From sequence record DRR723986_13540: a stretch of 64,000 nucleotides of DNA. One strand, written 5' to 3'. Shown here in pieces: positions 1 to 9,730 of the stretch. Under the pieces are notes generated by a model, which was not told where the DNA came from, did not search any database, and saw only the letters and a list, made by a program, of their open reading frames with translations. The position numbers and the translations under genes are program-made. Within the stretch, counting starts at the first letter, position 1. Each line of letters starts with the position of its first letter.

Positions 1-84
1 GGCAAATGGTTTTTGGTGCAAAGCGCTTCCTTTCAGAATCACACGTTAAATCTTACGTACAAGCATTTTCAAATTGCTGTCAAC

Positions 85-114
85 TATCGAGAAAAGATTT
101 TCATTTATCGAGAA
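85..114 (+). promoter_or_regulatory. Direct repeat TATCGAGAA x2 with 12-bp spacer (LytTR-type operator geometry)
   Basis: Perfect 9-mers at 85-93 and 106-114; upstream of a TACCTTTA -7-like element at 172-179. Confidence 0.5.
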
Positions 115-202
115 TTGAGAACCATTCATCTATATGAACTCACGAAACATTCTATATTCACGTCTATATAGTACCTTTAAAGCTGTAAGAACAAGACAAA
201 CA

Positions 203-1144
203 GTGAATACAAACAATCAACATAGCGACCATAAAAACACCAGATTAGCTTATTCTGGAGTTTGCAATGATCATATCACAGTGCGTCTTATTGAAATATT
301 CTCACAGAATCAGAATTTAAATATTGATAGAACAACTCAAAAACGAATTCCTTTTCTTATTGCCGAATCATTTCAGAACATCATACGCCATGGTGCTAAA
401 CCATCAAGTGCATTACTAAATGATCAGCACGAGTGTTTTGAAGTTGAGTTGTCTGAAGATTTTCTAAATATCATTTCCACTAACCTAGTAGCGAATGACG
501 AAGTTAAAGACTTGATTGATCAACTAAACGTTATCAACGGTGCTTCTCAAGAAGAATTAAAAGCTATGAGGTTTGAGATAATATCTACTGGTACCTTATC
601 TGAAAAAGGAGGAGCAGGCCTAGGATTAATTGAGTTAGCACGTAAAAGTGAAAACAATATCTTATTTGCGGTTCACGAAATAGATGAGAATTACTCTACG
701 ATTACCTTTGATATAAAGATGAATTTACACGATCACAATCCACGTGAAAACAAGTCTATCGCTAACAGAAAATCTACTTGTCTAAAGGATACGATCCTTT
801 ATTATAAAGGAAAAATTGGCAAGAAAATAAAATCTCAGATTCAGCAAATATTATCTGAAAACTTCTCGCAAATTGATGCTGACAAACCTTTTAATTGGTT
901 GGATCAAGTGGTGTCAATATTTGGAGACTCACAAGAAATGGCAAACAAGCCGAAAACGAACCGAGTTGAAATGGTTTTCAAAAAGATTCATGAAAATATT
1001 GACTTCATAGCGAATCAAAAAATTATCAAAACTCAGATTGAGCAAATTCAATCAATTGCAGAAAAATTGAACTTTGATAGAAATTTCAGTTTTAAGACAA
1101 TTGATGAAAACCGAGTAATGGCTTCGCTTAAAACCAATTCTTAG
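203..1144 (+). CDS. SiaB-family (DUF6272) GHKL-like protein kinase with a degenerate C-terminal second domain
   Basis: ESFQNIIRH and KGGAGLGLIELARKS motifs; ORF is open from 134, but GTG 203 lies downstream of the -7-like element. Confidence 0.75.
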   Translation: MNTNNQHSDHKNTRLAYSGVCNDHITVRLIEIFSQNQNLNIDRTTQKRIPFLIAESFQNIIRHGAKPSSALLNDQHECFEVELSEDFLNIISTNLVANDEVKDLIDQLNVINGASQEELKAMRFEIISTGTLSEKGGAGLGLIELARKSENNILFAVHEIDENYSTITFDIKMNLHDHNPRENKSIANRKSTCLKDTILYYKGKIGKKIKSQIQQILSENFSQIDADKPFNWLDQVVSIFGDSQEMANKPKTNRVEMVFKKIHENIDFIANQKIIKTQIEQIQSIAEKLNFDRNFSFKTIDENRVMASLKTNS

Positions 1145-1304
1145 CCTGAATAATTTTCTATTCATCCTCATTTACAACCATCTATACATTTCATTTTTTC
1201 ATTAGGAAAAATATACTATCTTTGCAACCCGCTGAAAACGACTGATTAAAATTATTTTTCTTTAATCAATTTTATTATAAGCGGTTGATTTTTAACTTTT
1301 TGAG

Positions 1305-1694
1305 ATGAGTGATAAAGTGAAATACGAAATGGAGTTTGAAGTAAAATCTTCAACTTCTGTTTTATTCAATATGATTTCTACACCGAGTGGATTAAGTGAG
1401 TGGTTTGCTGATGATGTAAACATCAAAGGAGACATGTTCAGTTTCTTTTGGGATGGTGCTACTGAATCTGCCAAGCTGCTAACCAAGAAAAAAGGTGAAT
1501 CAGTTAAATTCCAATGGGAAGATGATATTGAAGAAGGATTAAAAACTTACTTTGAAATCGCTATTAAAGTTGATGACTTAACCAATGATGTGGCATTGAT
1601 TATCACTGATCACGCCGAAGAAGATGAGATGGAAGAGTCTCAGAGATTATGGGAAAACCAAATCAATGATCTTAAAATGGTCATAGGATCTTAA
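1305..1694 (+). CDS. START-like (SRPBCC/START_2) domain protein
   Basis: ISTPSGLSEWFADDV and ITD..E..LW motifs typical of Bacteroidota START_2 proteins; TATCTTTG promoter at 1217-1224. Confidence 0.85.
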   Translation: MSDKVKYEMEFEVKSSTSVLFNMISTPSGLSEWFADDVNIKGDMFSFFWDGATESAKLLTKKKGESVKFQWEDDIEEGLKTYFEIAIKVDDLTNDVALIITDHAEEDEMEESQRLWENQINDLKMVIGS

Positions 1695-1754
1695 GATTTT
1701 CTACCTTTCTACGTACTTTTACGCGCATTAATGCGTTTCTGAAAATAAAACATC

Positions 1755-3200
1755 TTGAAAAGATTACATATTTTCATTATTAAATCGTTTATCGGGCCTT
1801 TCTTGATGACGTTCTTCATTGCCATGTTCTTTTTGGTAATGCAATTTTTGTGGAAGTATATTGACGATCTTATTGGCAAAGGATTAGAAATTTCAATTCT
1901 GTTGAAACTCATGTTCTATGTTTCTGCAACGCTTATTCCTTTAGCTCTTCCATTGGCCGTTTTGTTCTCATCAATTATGACCTATGGTAATTTAGCAGAA
2001 CACAACGAACTAACTGCCCTCAAAGCAAGCGGTTTATCCTTAATGAAAGTAATGCGACCCATGCTCTTTTTTGTAATCTTTTTAAGTTTAGGTGCATTCT
2101 ATTTTAACAATTACCTTTTGCCAGTTGCTAATTATAAATGGCGTGCAATTATATACGACATACAAGAGAAAAAGCCAACTTTTGGAATAACAGAAGGTGT
2201 TTTTTATAATGATATTGAGAATTATAGTATCCGCGTTGACAAGAAAAACAACGATACAGGACATCTAGAAGGAGTGCTTATTTACGCCTACTCAGATGTA
2301 TTTGTAACGAAGACTATCAAAGCTAAATCAGGGGACATGTTAAAGTCTGATGATGACCGATATTTGATGCTAAAATTGAATGATGGTGCTATGTATGAAA
2401 AAATTGGCCCCAGTCAAATTCAACGAGACAAATATCCTTTTCAAAAATCCTTTTTTAGCGAAGCCATTATCAAATTTGATTTGAGCGGATTTCAGCTCGA
2501 TCAGAGTGATGAAGACCTATTCAAACGGGATTATGAAATGTTCAACTTTATTCAACTACAGGGTGCCATTGACACAATGGAAGCCGAAATGACTCAAATT
2601 CGTTATGACTTTCAACAAACATTAGCCAATCAAATTGTCATTTTGAATGATGGCTTTCAAACCGATTCAGTACCAGATTCAACCGGTAAAATGGTCATTC
2701 CTGACATTGAACCAATAGACAGTATTATTCGAATTGACGAAATGAGCGAAAGCCAACATACTGCTGCTTTGAACTTTGCACAGGTTGAAATCAGATCTAC
2801 CAAAGACATGATTTATGGCCAATTAAAGCTTAAAGAAAGTCAGGCAAACCATGTATTACAGCATAAGGCCACATGGCATAAGAAGTTTACGCTTTCAATT
2901 GCAGTTCTTGTTCTCTTCTTTGTAGGAGCACCTTTAGGAGCAATTATAAAAAAGGGAGGGCTTGGAACGCCATTGGTGTTTGCCACTCTATTCTTTCTAC
3001 TCTATTATGTATTGACCATTATGGGAGAAAATATGGTGGATTCTGGATTTATGACACCGTGGAAAGGAATGTGGATAAGCACATTCATTTTAGCCCCCTT
3101 AGGCGCATTTTTAACGTACAAAGCAGCAAATGATTCTGCTTTATTCGATAGAGACGTTTATAAAAAGTATTTTAGTAAACTTTTTAAACGATCAAATTAA
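1755..3200 (+). CDS. lptF: LptF/LptG (YjgP/YjgQ) LPS export permease
   Basis: ELTALKASGLS motif, three N-terminal plus three C-terminal TM helices, GAPLGAIIKKGG; LptF versus LptG not certain. Confidence 0.9.
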   Translation: MKRLHIFIIKSFIGPFLMTFFIAMFFLVMQFLWKYIDDLIGKGLEISILLKLMFYVSATLIPLALPLAVLFSSIMTYGNLAEHNELTALKASGLSLMKVMRPMLFFVIFLSLGAFYFNNYLLPVANYKWRAIIYDIQEKKPTFGITEGVFYNDIENYSIRVDKKNNDTGHLEGVLIYAYSDVFVTKTIKAKSGDMLKSDDDRYLMLKLNDGAMYEKIGPSQIQRDKYPFQKSFFSEAIIKFDLSGFQLDQSDEDLFKRDYEMFNFIQLQGAIDTMEAEMTQIRYDFQQTLANQIVILNDGFQTDSVPDSTGKMVIPDIEPIDSIIRIDEMSESQHTAALNFAQVEIRSTKDMIYGQLKLKESQANHVLQHKATWHKKFTLSIAVLVLFFVGAPLGAIIKKGGLGTPLVFATLFFLLYYVLTIMGENMVDSGFMTPWKGMWISTFILAPLGAFLTYKAANDSALFDRDVYKKYFSKLFKRSN

Positions 3201-4390
3201 TGAAGGTACTCCAGCTCTGTAACAAACCTCCTTTCCCGAAAGTTGATGGCGGGTGCATTGCTATAAGTAATATTTCTTTAGGGTTAATCGCATCAGGAAT
3301 TCAACTAAAAACCTTTACAGTATCAACCGGAAAGCATCCCTTTTTAGAAGATGAAATTCCGGCTGAATTCAAAAAGAAAAGCAAAATTGAAGGCGTATTT
3401 TTAGATACCCGGGTCAATGTAATTGATGCTTTCTCTGCACTTGTTACTGCTGATTCGTATAATGTAAACCGATTTTTCTCACCAGATTTTGATAAACGAT
3501 TGGTTGAAATTTTACAAGAAGACGAATACGACATTGTGCACCTTGAAAGTTTGTTCATGACTCCTTACATTAATTCAATCCGAAAGAATTCAAGTGCAAA
3601 GATTGTTTTGAGATCGCACAACCTTGAGCATTTGATTTGGGAGAGACTAGCTAATTCGACCGGTAACAAAGCAAAAAAAATGTACTTAAGGCACCTTGCT
3701 TCCAAATTGAAAAAGTACGAGCTAAAAACCATTAATGAGGTTGATGGAATAGCAACCATTTCGAATGAGGATACGGATAGATTTGCATCATTCAAATGCG
3801 AAAAAAAAATGATCACTATTCCTTTTGGCATTAACATTTCAGATTATCCTTACGAAAAAAGAGAAACGCAAAACAGAAATGCCCTCTATCATATAGGTGC
3901 CATGAACTGGGAACCTAATAAAGAGGCTATCAACTGGTTTCTGGACGAGATATGGCCAAAAGTAAAACAGGAAAGCCTTAGCCTAAATTTGGCTGGAAGG
4001 GATTTCCCTAATTACCTCAAAGAGCTCGAAAGTGATCAACTGATAATTCATGGAGAAGTTGAAAGTGCTATCCAATTCATGCAGTCACATGACATCATGA
4101 TCGTTCCACTTCTGTCAGGAAGTGGAATGCGAATTAAAATAATTGAGGCCATGGCACTTGGCAAAGCAGTTATCTCAACATCAATTGGTGTCGAAGGAAT
4201 AAACGCAATCCACAATGAACATATCATCATTGCAGATACCGCAAAAGATTTTGCTCAAGCAATTATTGACTTAAGCAAAGATCCAGATAAAGTAATTCGT
4301 ATTGGTGAAAACGCTAGAATGATGGTTGAAAGTCAATATGACAACTCGAAAATCATTCAAAATCTCGTGAATTTTTACAAGGAGATATGA
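3200..4390 (+). CDS. Glycosyltransferase family 4
   Basis: GT-B fold, GSGMRIKIIEAMALG motif. Confidence 0.9.
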   Translation: MKVLQLCNKPPFPKVDGGCIAISNISLGLIASGIQLKTFTVSTGKHPFLEDEIPAEFKKKSKIEGVFLDTRVNVIDAFSALVTADSYNVNRFFSPDFDKRLVEILQEDEYDIVHLESLFMTPYINSIRKNSSAKIVLRSHNLEHLIWERLANSTGNKAKKMYLRHLASKLKKYELKTINEVDGIATISNEDTDRFASFKCEKKMITIPFGINISDYPYEKRETQNRNALYHIGAMNWEPNKEAINWFLDEIWPKVKQESLSLNLAGRDFPNYLKELESDQLIIHGEVESAIQFMQSHDIMIVPLLSGSGMRIKIIEAMALGKAVISTSIGVEGINAIHNEHIIIADTAKDFAQAIIDLSKDPDKVIRIGENARMMVESQYDNSKIIQNLVNFYKEI

Positions 4391-5547
4391 AGTTATACGT
4401 CTTACTTTCTAGGTTTCCTTATCCCTTAGAAAAAGGAGACAAGCTGAGAGCTTATCACCAAATTAAAGCCCTTTCAGTTAACCACGAAATCCACTTGTGT
4501 TGTTTGAGTGATTGTGAAATACAAAAAGAGTGGATCCAGGAACTTGACCAGTATTGCAAAAGTGTTACGGTTCACAAACTATCGAAGCTACTGATTTTTT
4601 GGAATACGGTTAAGAAGCTATTTACTGATCAACCCTTTCAGGTGGGCTATTTTTATCAAAAAAACATCCAACGAAAAATCAATCAACAGATTCAGGTACT
4701 CAAACCTAATCATATCTACTGTCAGTTAATCAGAACTGCTAACTATGTAAAAGATTTTCATGACATTCCGAAAACCATAGATTATATGGATGCCCTGAGT
4801 ATGGGTATGATCAGAAGAAGTCAGATTAGTTCAGGATTAAAAAAACGGTTATTTAGAACCGAGGGAAAAAGATTGAGTGAATTTGAAAACAGAATTTTTG
4901 ACTACTTCAATTTTCATACGATTATTTCAGAGCAAGATCGACAGTTGATCAATCATCCTCAAAATTCAGAAATCACCATAGTAGAAAACGGAATAGCTGA
5001 GGACTATTTTAATTATCCGATTCCTGAAAATAAATCTATAGACATTCTATTCACTGGAAACATGAGTTATCCGCCAAATATAGAATGCAGCGAGTTTTTG
5101 ATAAATGAGATCAAACCGCTACTTCAATCTGACCTTAAAATTGGGATTACGGGAGCTTCACCACATCAACGAATACTTGATTTAAAACAAGAAAATGTGA
5201 CCATTACCGGATGGGTTGAAGACATTAAAACGGCATATGCGTCAGCTAATGTATTTGCAGCTCCTTTATTTATTGGAACCGGTTTACAGAATAAATTATT
5301 AGAAGCAATGGCTATGGGACTGCCTTGCATCACTACAACCTTGGCAAATAATGCGCTTAAAGCCAACCCGAACCAGGAGATACTGATAGCGAATTCGGCA
5401 GAAGAATTTAAGGAACATATTGAACGACTAATGCAGGATAAAGACTTTTATCAATCTGTATCAAATGCCGGTAAAGCGTATGTTCGCAATAACTTTAGCT
5501 GGGAACAATCTGTCACCAAAATCGAAAACTTAATTCAAGCAAAATAA
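4387..5547 (+). CDS. Glycosyltransferase family 4
   Basis: SRFPYPLEKGDKLR N-terminus, GTGLQNKLLEAMAMG motif. Confidence 0.9.
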   Translation: MKLYVLLSRFPYPLEKGDKLRAYHQIKALSVNHEIHLCCLSDCEIQKEWIQELDQYCKSVTVHKLSKLLIFWNTVKKLFTDQPFQVGYFYQKNIQRKINQQIQVLKPNHIYCQLIRTANYVKDFHDIPKTIDYMDALSMGMIRRSQISSGLKKRLFRTEGKRLSEFENRIFDYFNFHTIISEQDRQLINHPQNSEITIVENGIAEDYFNYPIPENKSIDILFTGNMSYPPNIECSEFLINEIKPLLQSDLKIGITGASPHQRILDLKQENVTITGWVEDIKTAYASANVFAAPLFIGTGLQNKLLEAMAMGLPCITTTLANNALKANPNQEILIANSAEEFKEHIERLMQDKDFYQSVSNAGKAYVRNNFSWEQSVTKIENLIQAK

Positions 5548-5603
5548 TCCAGATTTGGAAGGATCTCTTGGCCTAATGTCAAAGAAAGCCGTATTTTTGC
5601 ACC

Positions 5604-6722
5604 ATGGAAACTGTAGAGATGAGTTTAGCATTGAATACTATAGAAGAGGCAATAGCCGATATTAAAGCAGGTAAAGTAATCATAGTTGTGGATGATGAAG
5701 ATCGTGAGAACGAGGGGGATTTCTTAACCGCAGCACGTAATGTAACTCCTGAAATCATCAATTTCATGGCCACTCACGGTAGAGGACTAATTTGTGCTCC
5801 GCTTGTTGAACATGAATGCGACAGACTAGGCTTAGAGATGATGGTTCAAAGCAACAGTGCAGCATATGAAACTCCATTTACCGTTTCTATTGATTTAATT
5901 GGCCATGGATGTACAACGGGTATATCAGTTACAGATAGAGCAAAAACCGTTCAAGCATTAATTGACCCGAACATCCGACCAGAAGAACTAGGTAAACCAG
6001 GACATATCTTTCCTTTAAGAGCAAAAAAAGGTGGAGTTTTAAGAAGGGCTGGGCATACAGAAGCAGCAATTGACCTTGCAAGATTAGCTGGATTTGAGGA
6101 AGCAGGAGTGATTGTAGAAATCATGAATGAAGATGGCTCAATGGCACGTCTTCCTGAACTAAAGGAAATTGCTAAAAAATTCGACCTAAAGATCGTTTCG
6201 ATAGCTGATTTGATAGCTTATCGAATGAGGCATGAGTCTTTGATTGAAAAAATAGTTGAAACGCAGTTAAAAACCCTATGGGGTGATTTTAAGCTAGTGG
6301 CTTTCAGGCAAACAACTACAGATGAAGAGCATCTTGCTTTTGTTAAAGGTGAATGGACCGAAGAAGAACCGGTACTTGTAAGAGTTGAATCTGCCTCATT
6401 CACACATAATTTATTGGATGCAGTTCGTTCTGATAAACAATCTAATTTAAGCGCAGCATTAAAAATGATTAATGATGCTGGTAAAGGGATGTTGCTGTTT
6501 ATGCAGCAAAAAGAAAAGCAAATGGGCTTAATTGAAAAATTAAAAGCCTATGATGGAGAACGTACAACCAAAGAAGATAAAAAGGATTACGGAATTGGAG
6601 CGCAGATTTTATTGCACTTTGATGTGACCAAACTGAAATTGATATCTAATTCAGCTTCAACAAACAATCCTGTAATCAATGCTTACGGGCTGGAAGTGAC
6701 GGAAGTTGTTCCGTTTTCTTAA
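5604..6722 (+). CDS. ribB: 3,4-dihydroxy-2-butanone-4-phosphate synthase with degenerate GTP cyclohydrolase II domain (RibBX type)
   Basis: [17 protein letters not shown] and RAGHTEA motifs; C-terminal domain lacks the zinc-binding cysteines. Confidence 0.92.
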   Translation: METVEMSLALNTIEEAIADIKAGKVIIVVDDEDRENEGDFLTAARNVTPEIINFMATHGRGLICAPLVEHECDRLGLEMMVQSNSAAYETPFTVSIDLIGHGCTTGISVTDRAKTVQALIDPNIRPEELGKPGHIFPLRAKKGGVLRRAGHTEAAIDLARLAGFEEAGVIVEIMNEDGSMARLPELKEIAKKFDLKIVSIADLIAYRMRHESLIEKIVETQLKTLWGDFKLVAFRQTTTDEEHLAFVKGEWTEEEPVLVRVESASFTHNLLDAVRSDKQSNLSAALKMINDAGKGMLLFMQQKEKQMGLIEKLKAYDGERTTKEDKKDYGIGAQILLHFDVTKLKLISNSASTNNPVINAYGLEVTEVVPFS

Positions 6723-8254
6723 TTCGGTTTAGAAGTTTTCGCAACTGCCTCCGACAGGCTGGTCCCATTCAATTTTGAATCAAGCCAAGCTCTTAAGTCG
6801 AAGTACTCTAGAATTACATTTTCTCTGTCAATTAACAGGAGTTTTTGCAATTTATTCTTGAAACTCAAAAAGATCTCCTTTTGTTCGGCATCCGTATTTA
6901 CACGTGCCAAAAGGCGCATTTGTTTCATGAACAATTTCTCAACTTCGTAATCTTTATCGTGCTTATTTAAATACCTTGCCGTTGATTTCATATCATACTC
7001 AAGGAAATCGTGATTGTTCAATTCGAAATGAATGATCAAATTGAAAATTCGAGAGAAAGAGTAAATATCTTGACGCAACATTTTTTCATTGTCATTCAAC
7101 ACCTGATTGATATACCTCAAGGCCGTTTTGTATTCTCCTATTCCAAAGTAAGCATATGCCGTATTGTAGGTGAAAAGTAGAATTTTTTCTTTATTCACCT
7201 TTTCGCCATAACCTTCTAAATCTTGTTCGATTTGAGGAACCATTTCGAGTGTTTTTTTGAAATGTCCCTGTCTGTTATAAAGCTGTATTTCTCCAATTTT
7301 TCGAGCAGTAAAGAGACGTACCTTAGCGTCAAGAGAAGTATAAGCCTTATGCCCCTCTAAGGCCGCTAATTGATTGACAATGTCGTCTGCCTTTTCAAAG
7401 CGATAACTATCAATATAACAATGCAATAAAAAGCTCAACGTGTGAATGTACCTTGTCTGTAGATCGTCTTTGATTTTTGGCTTGGCCTCCATCACTGATT
7501 TGGCCTTTTTAAAATTGACCAAAGCATCCTCATAATCCCTGATTGACGCCGCACATAATCCCTTGATGTAATAACAAATGGTGGTTGCCCTTGTCGAAAT
7601 AGCCGTATTCTTTCCTTTAATCAAATGATAATCTGCAATCTCTGCTACAACTTCACGTTCTTTCTCGTTTCGCGTAAATCCACCCGATCTAAAAATGTAA
7701 TTGATTTTAGAGTAAAGGATATGATATTCAGCCAAATTCCTCAGTTTTTCTATAACCTCAGTTTCCTCTTTAATTAACTCATCTAAATTTTGATTAAAAA
7801 CCCCCGATTCATAGGCCTCTTCCAATAATTTTCGCTCCCAATTTATCAGTTCAAACCAGTAGTAGAATTTCTCATATTCCCTAGCCGTTTCTTTGGCTCT
7901 CTTCACAAACTTTCCGCATTCTTTATACAAGGCCTTCTTGTATAAAATTTCTACGTTTTTAATTTCTTGTTTGAGCTGCGAGCTAATTGTTCTATCAGAA
8001 TAATAAGCCCGTAAACTTTTCAGTAAGAGTTTATACAGGTGATTTTTTTCTGAAGGCAAATGCTTAACAAAGGTTTCATTTTTAAAATGATTCTTTAGAT
8101 CTTCTTCGTCATAGCGCTTTTGTTTCTCAATGAAATCAAAAATCTTTAAATAGTTCTTATCCCCTGTTTGAAGAGATGAATTCAATTTAAAAAAGCGTTT
8201 TTCTGATTTAGTCAATGACTTAATCAGGCTAAAAAGTTCTGTAGACGGTTTCAT
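6719..8254 (-). CDS. Conserved Bacteroidota helical/TPR-like hypothetical protein
   Basis: 511-aa ORF, LFSLIKSLTKSEKRFFK N-terminus, TPR-like helical repeats. Confidence 0.75.
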   Translation of the reverse strand: MKPSTELFSLIKSLTKSEKRFFKLNSSLQTGDKNYLKIFDFIEKQKRYDEEDLKNHFKNETFVKHLPSEKNHLYKLLLKSLRAYYSDRTISSQLKQEIKNVEILYKKALYKECGKFVKRAKETAREYEKFYYWFELINWERKLLEEAYESGVFNQNLDELIKEETEVIEKLRNLAEYHILYSKINYIFRSGGFTRNEKEREVVAEIADYHLIKGKNTAISTRATTICYYIKGLCAASIRDYEDALVNFKKAKSVMEAKPKIKDDLQTRYIHTLSFLLHCYIDSYRFEKADDIVNQLAALEGHKAYTSLDAKVRLFTARKIGEIQLYNRQGHFKKTLEMVPQIEQDLEGYGEKVNKEKILLFTYNTAYAYFGIGEYKTALRYINQVLNDNEKMLRQDIYSFSRIFNLIIHFELNNHDFLEYDMKSTARYLNKHDKDYEVEKLFMKQMRLLARVNTDAEQKEIFLSFKNKLQKLLLIDRENVILEYFDLRAWLDSKLNGTSLSEAVAKTSKPN

Positions 8255-8529
8255 AGCTGTTTTTCATGTATTGAATCCTATTTTGAGGTCTAGGAATTCA
8301 ATAATATCTTGCATTAAATATAACGCTTCTAGATTGAAAAAAGTTTGGTCACAGATTTTTTCTTAACCTTATTGACTCACCTAAGCCTTTCTTTTAGTGA
8401 ACGGTACGGGAAACATAATCTATCGAACAACTAGATTTATACCAACCAACCGAAGTGCTATGCGCACCTAATATTATTGGATTACTTTCAGCTAAAATCC
8501 TAGTTGAAAATTCAAGAATGATTAAAAGC

Positions 8530-8557
8530 GAAAAGGGAGCAACCACGCTCCCTTTTC
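8530..8557. terminator. Bidirectional intrinsic terminator
   Basis: GAAAAGGGAGC-AACCAC-GCTCCCTTTTC perfect stem flanked by A and T tracts. Confidence 0.8.
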
Positions 8558-8593
8558 TAACAACAAACCAAAAACCCTCCTATCGATTCACGA

Positions 8594-9574
8594 TTATCGG
8601 AGGATAACCTTTGTACCTTTTGGCAGTCTTGTATCGGCGGTGTCACCGAAGTTGTATTTTAATAGTTTTTTTAGTTTTATTCCTTCCATCTGCGAGATAT
8701 CTCTCAAAGACATTTCTTCAGGACATACAAACACATTATATCCTCTTTTTGATTTAGACCTCTTGGGATCTAAGTAAATGAGTTCGCCTTCTTTTAATAC
8801 ATCACGTCTTCCTAAATCATTGTATTTATACAATTGCCAGATACCTAAATCGAATTCTTTCGCAATTCTGTAATAAGTATCGCCTTGCTGAACTTTGATG
8901 TAACGAGCGCGGTATTTATTAATCAATAGTTCATGTTTACCAGCTGCAACTTCCAACTCTTGAATTTTTTCTGCTTCAATGTCCAGCTCTTCCTTTGTAT
9001 CTACAATGGCCACCACTGGCTCATCTATATTGATTTTAATGTCTTTGTTCTTTTCCTGCTGTGGCAAATAGGGCATGTTGTCGTATTGATCTAAATCATA
9101 TTTCTCAATGATATCGATTAACAAATGAGCATACTTAGGATTGGTAGCATAGCCGGCAGATTTTAAACCTTTCGCCCAGCCTTTATAATCCGTTAATTTC
9201 AAATCAAAAAGCTTTGCATACCTACTTCTACCTGTCAAAAATTGCGAATGATCATCATAAGATTGTGCCGCATTGGGGTAAGACCTAAAGCATTCATTCT
9301 TAAGATCATCATCTTGAAAGAAAGTTCCACCATCCCAATTCTTATGGCATTTGATTCCAAAGTGATTGTTGGCAGTTCTAGCTAACTTGCTATTTCCATT
9401 ACCACTTTCAAGTATTCCTTGAGCCAATGTTATGCTGGCAGGAATTTGATGCGCATTCATCTGTTCAATAGCGGTAATTTTCCACATCTCTACATAATCC
9501 TCCGTGGAATTTTTAGATGCCTGGGTAAATTGGCTTATGAAAAGTAAGCCCGAGAAAAATATCAGCCTTTTCAT
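8594..9574 (-). CDS. Glucosaminidase (GH73) plus LysM peptidoglycan hydrolase
   Basis: Signal peptide, AQGILESG, NNHFGIKC, GYATNPKY, C-terminal LysM repeats. Confidence 0.92.
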   Translation of the reverse strand: MKRLIFFSGLLFISQFTQASKNSTEDYVEMWKITAIEQMNAHQIPASITLAQGILESGNGNSKLARTANNHFGIKCHKNWDGGTFFQDDDLKNECFRSYPNAAQSYDDHSQFLTGRSRYAKLFDLKLTDYKGWAKGLKSAGYATNPKYAHLLIDIIEKYDLDQYDNMPYLPQQEKNKDIKINIDEPVVAIVDTKEELDIEAEKIQELEVAAGKHELLINKYRARYIKVQQGDTYYRIAKEFDLGIWQLYKYNDLGRRDVLKEGELIYLDPKRSKSKRGYNVFVCPEEMSLRDISQMEGIKLKKLLKYNFGDTADTRLPKGTKVILR

Positions 9575-9606
9575 TGTTATTAATTTTTTGGTTGTTGTTG
9601 TAGAGT

Positions 9607-9634
9607 ATTACGGCAGCATCAAATCTGGGTTACA
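9607..9634 (-). promoter_or_regulatory. Putative ECF sigma promoter
   Basis: Minus strand TGTAAC-N16-CGTAA upstream of the GH73-LysM gene. Confidence 0.5.
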
Positions 9635-9730
9635 GAATTTAATCACAGAAATAGGGAAACCAGAGACATAAACTAGTCGTCAACCCTTTAAAACATTGAA
9701 CAATTTGAAATAGTAAAAAAGATAGAAATA

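Noticed and set aside
1-171. Open frame 1 from the window edge to TAG 169-171
   Set aside because: No recognisable motif, and it overlaps apparent promoter elements; cannot be supported as a CDS
8269-8303. TATTGAAT..ATTCAATA hairpin upstream of the TPR-like gene
   Set aside because: AT-rich and imperfect, with no supporting context for a function
8455-8607. 50-aa plus-strand GTG ORF in the intergenic region
   Set aside because: Runs through a terminator and into the opposite gene; no coding features
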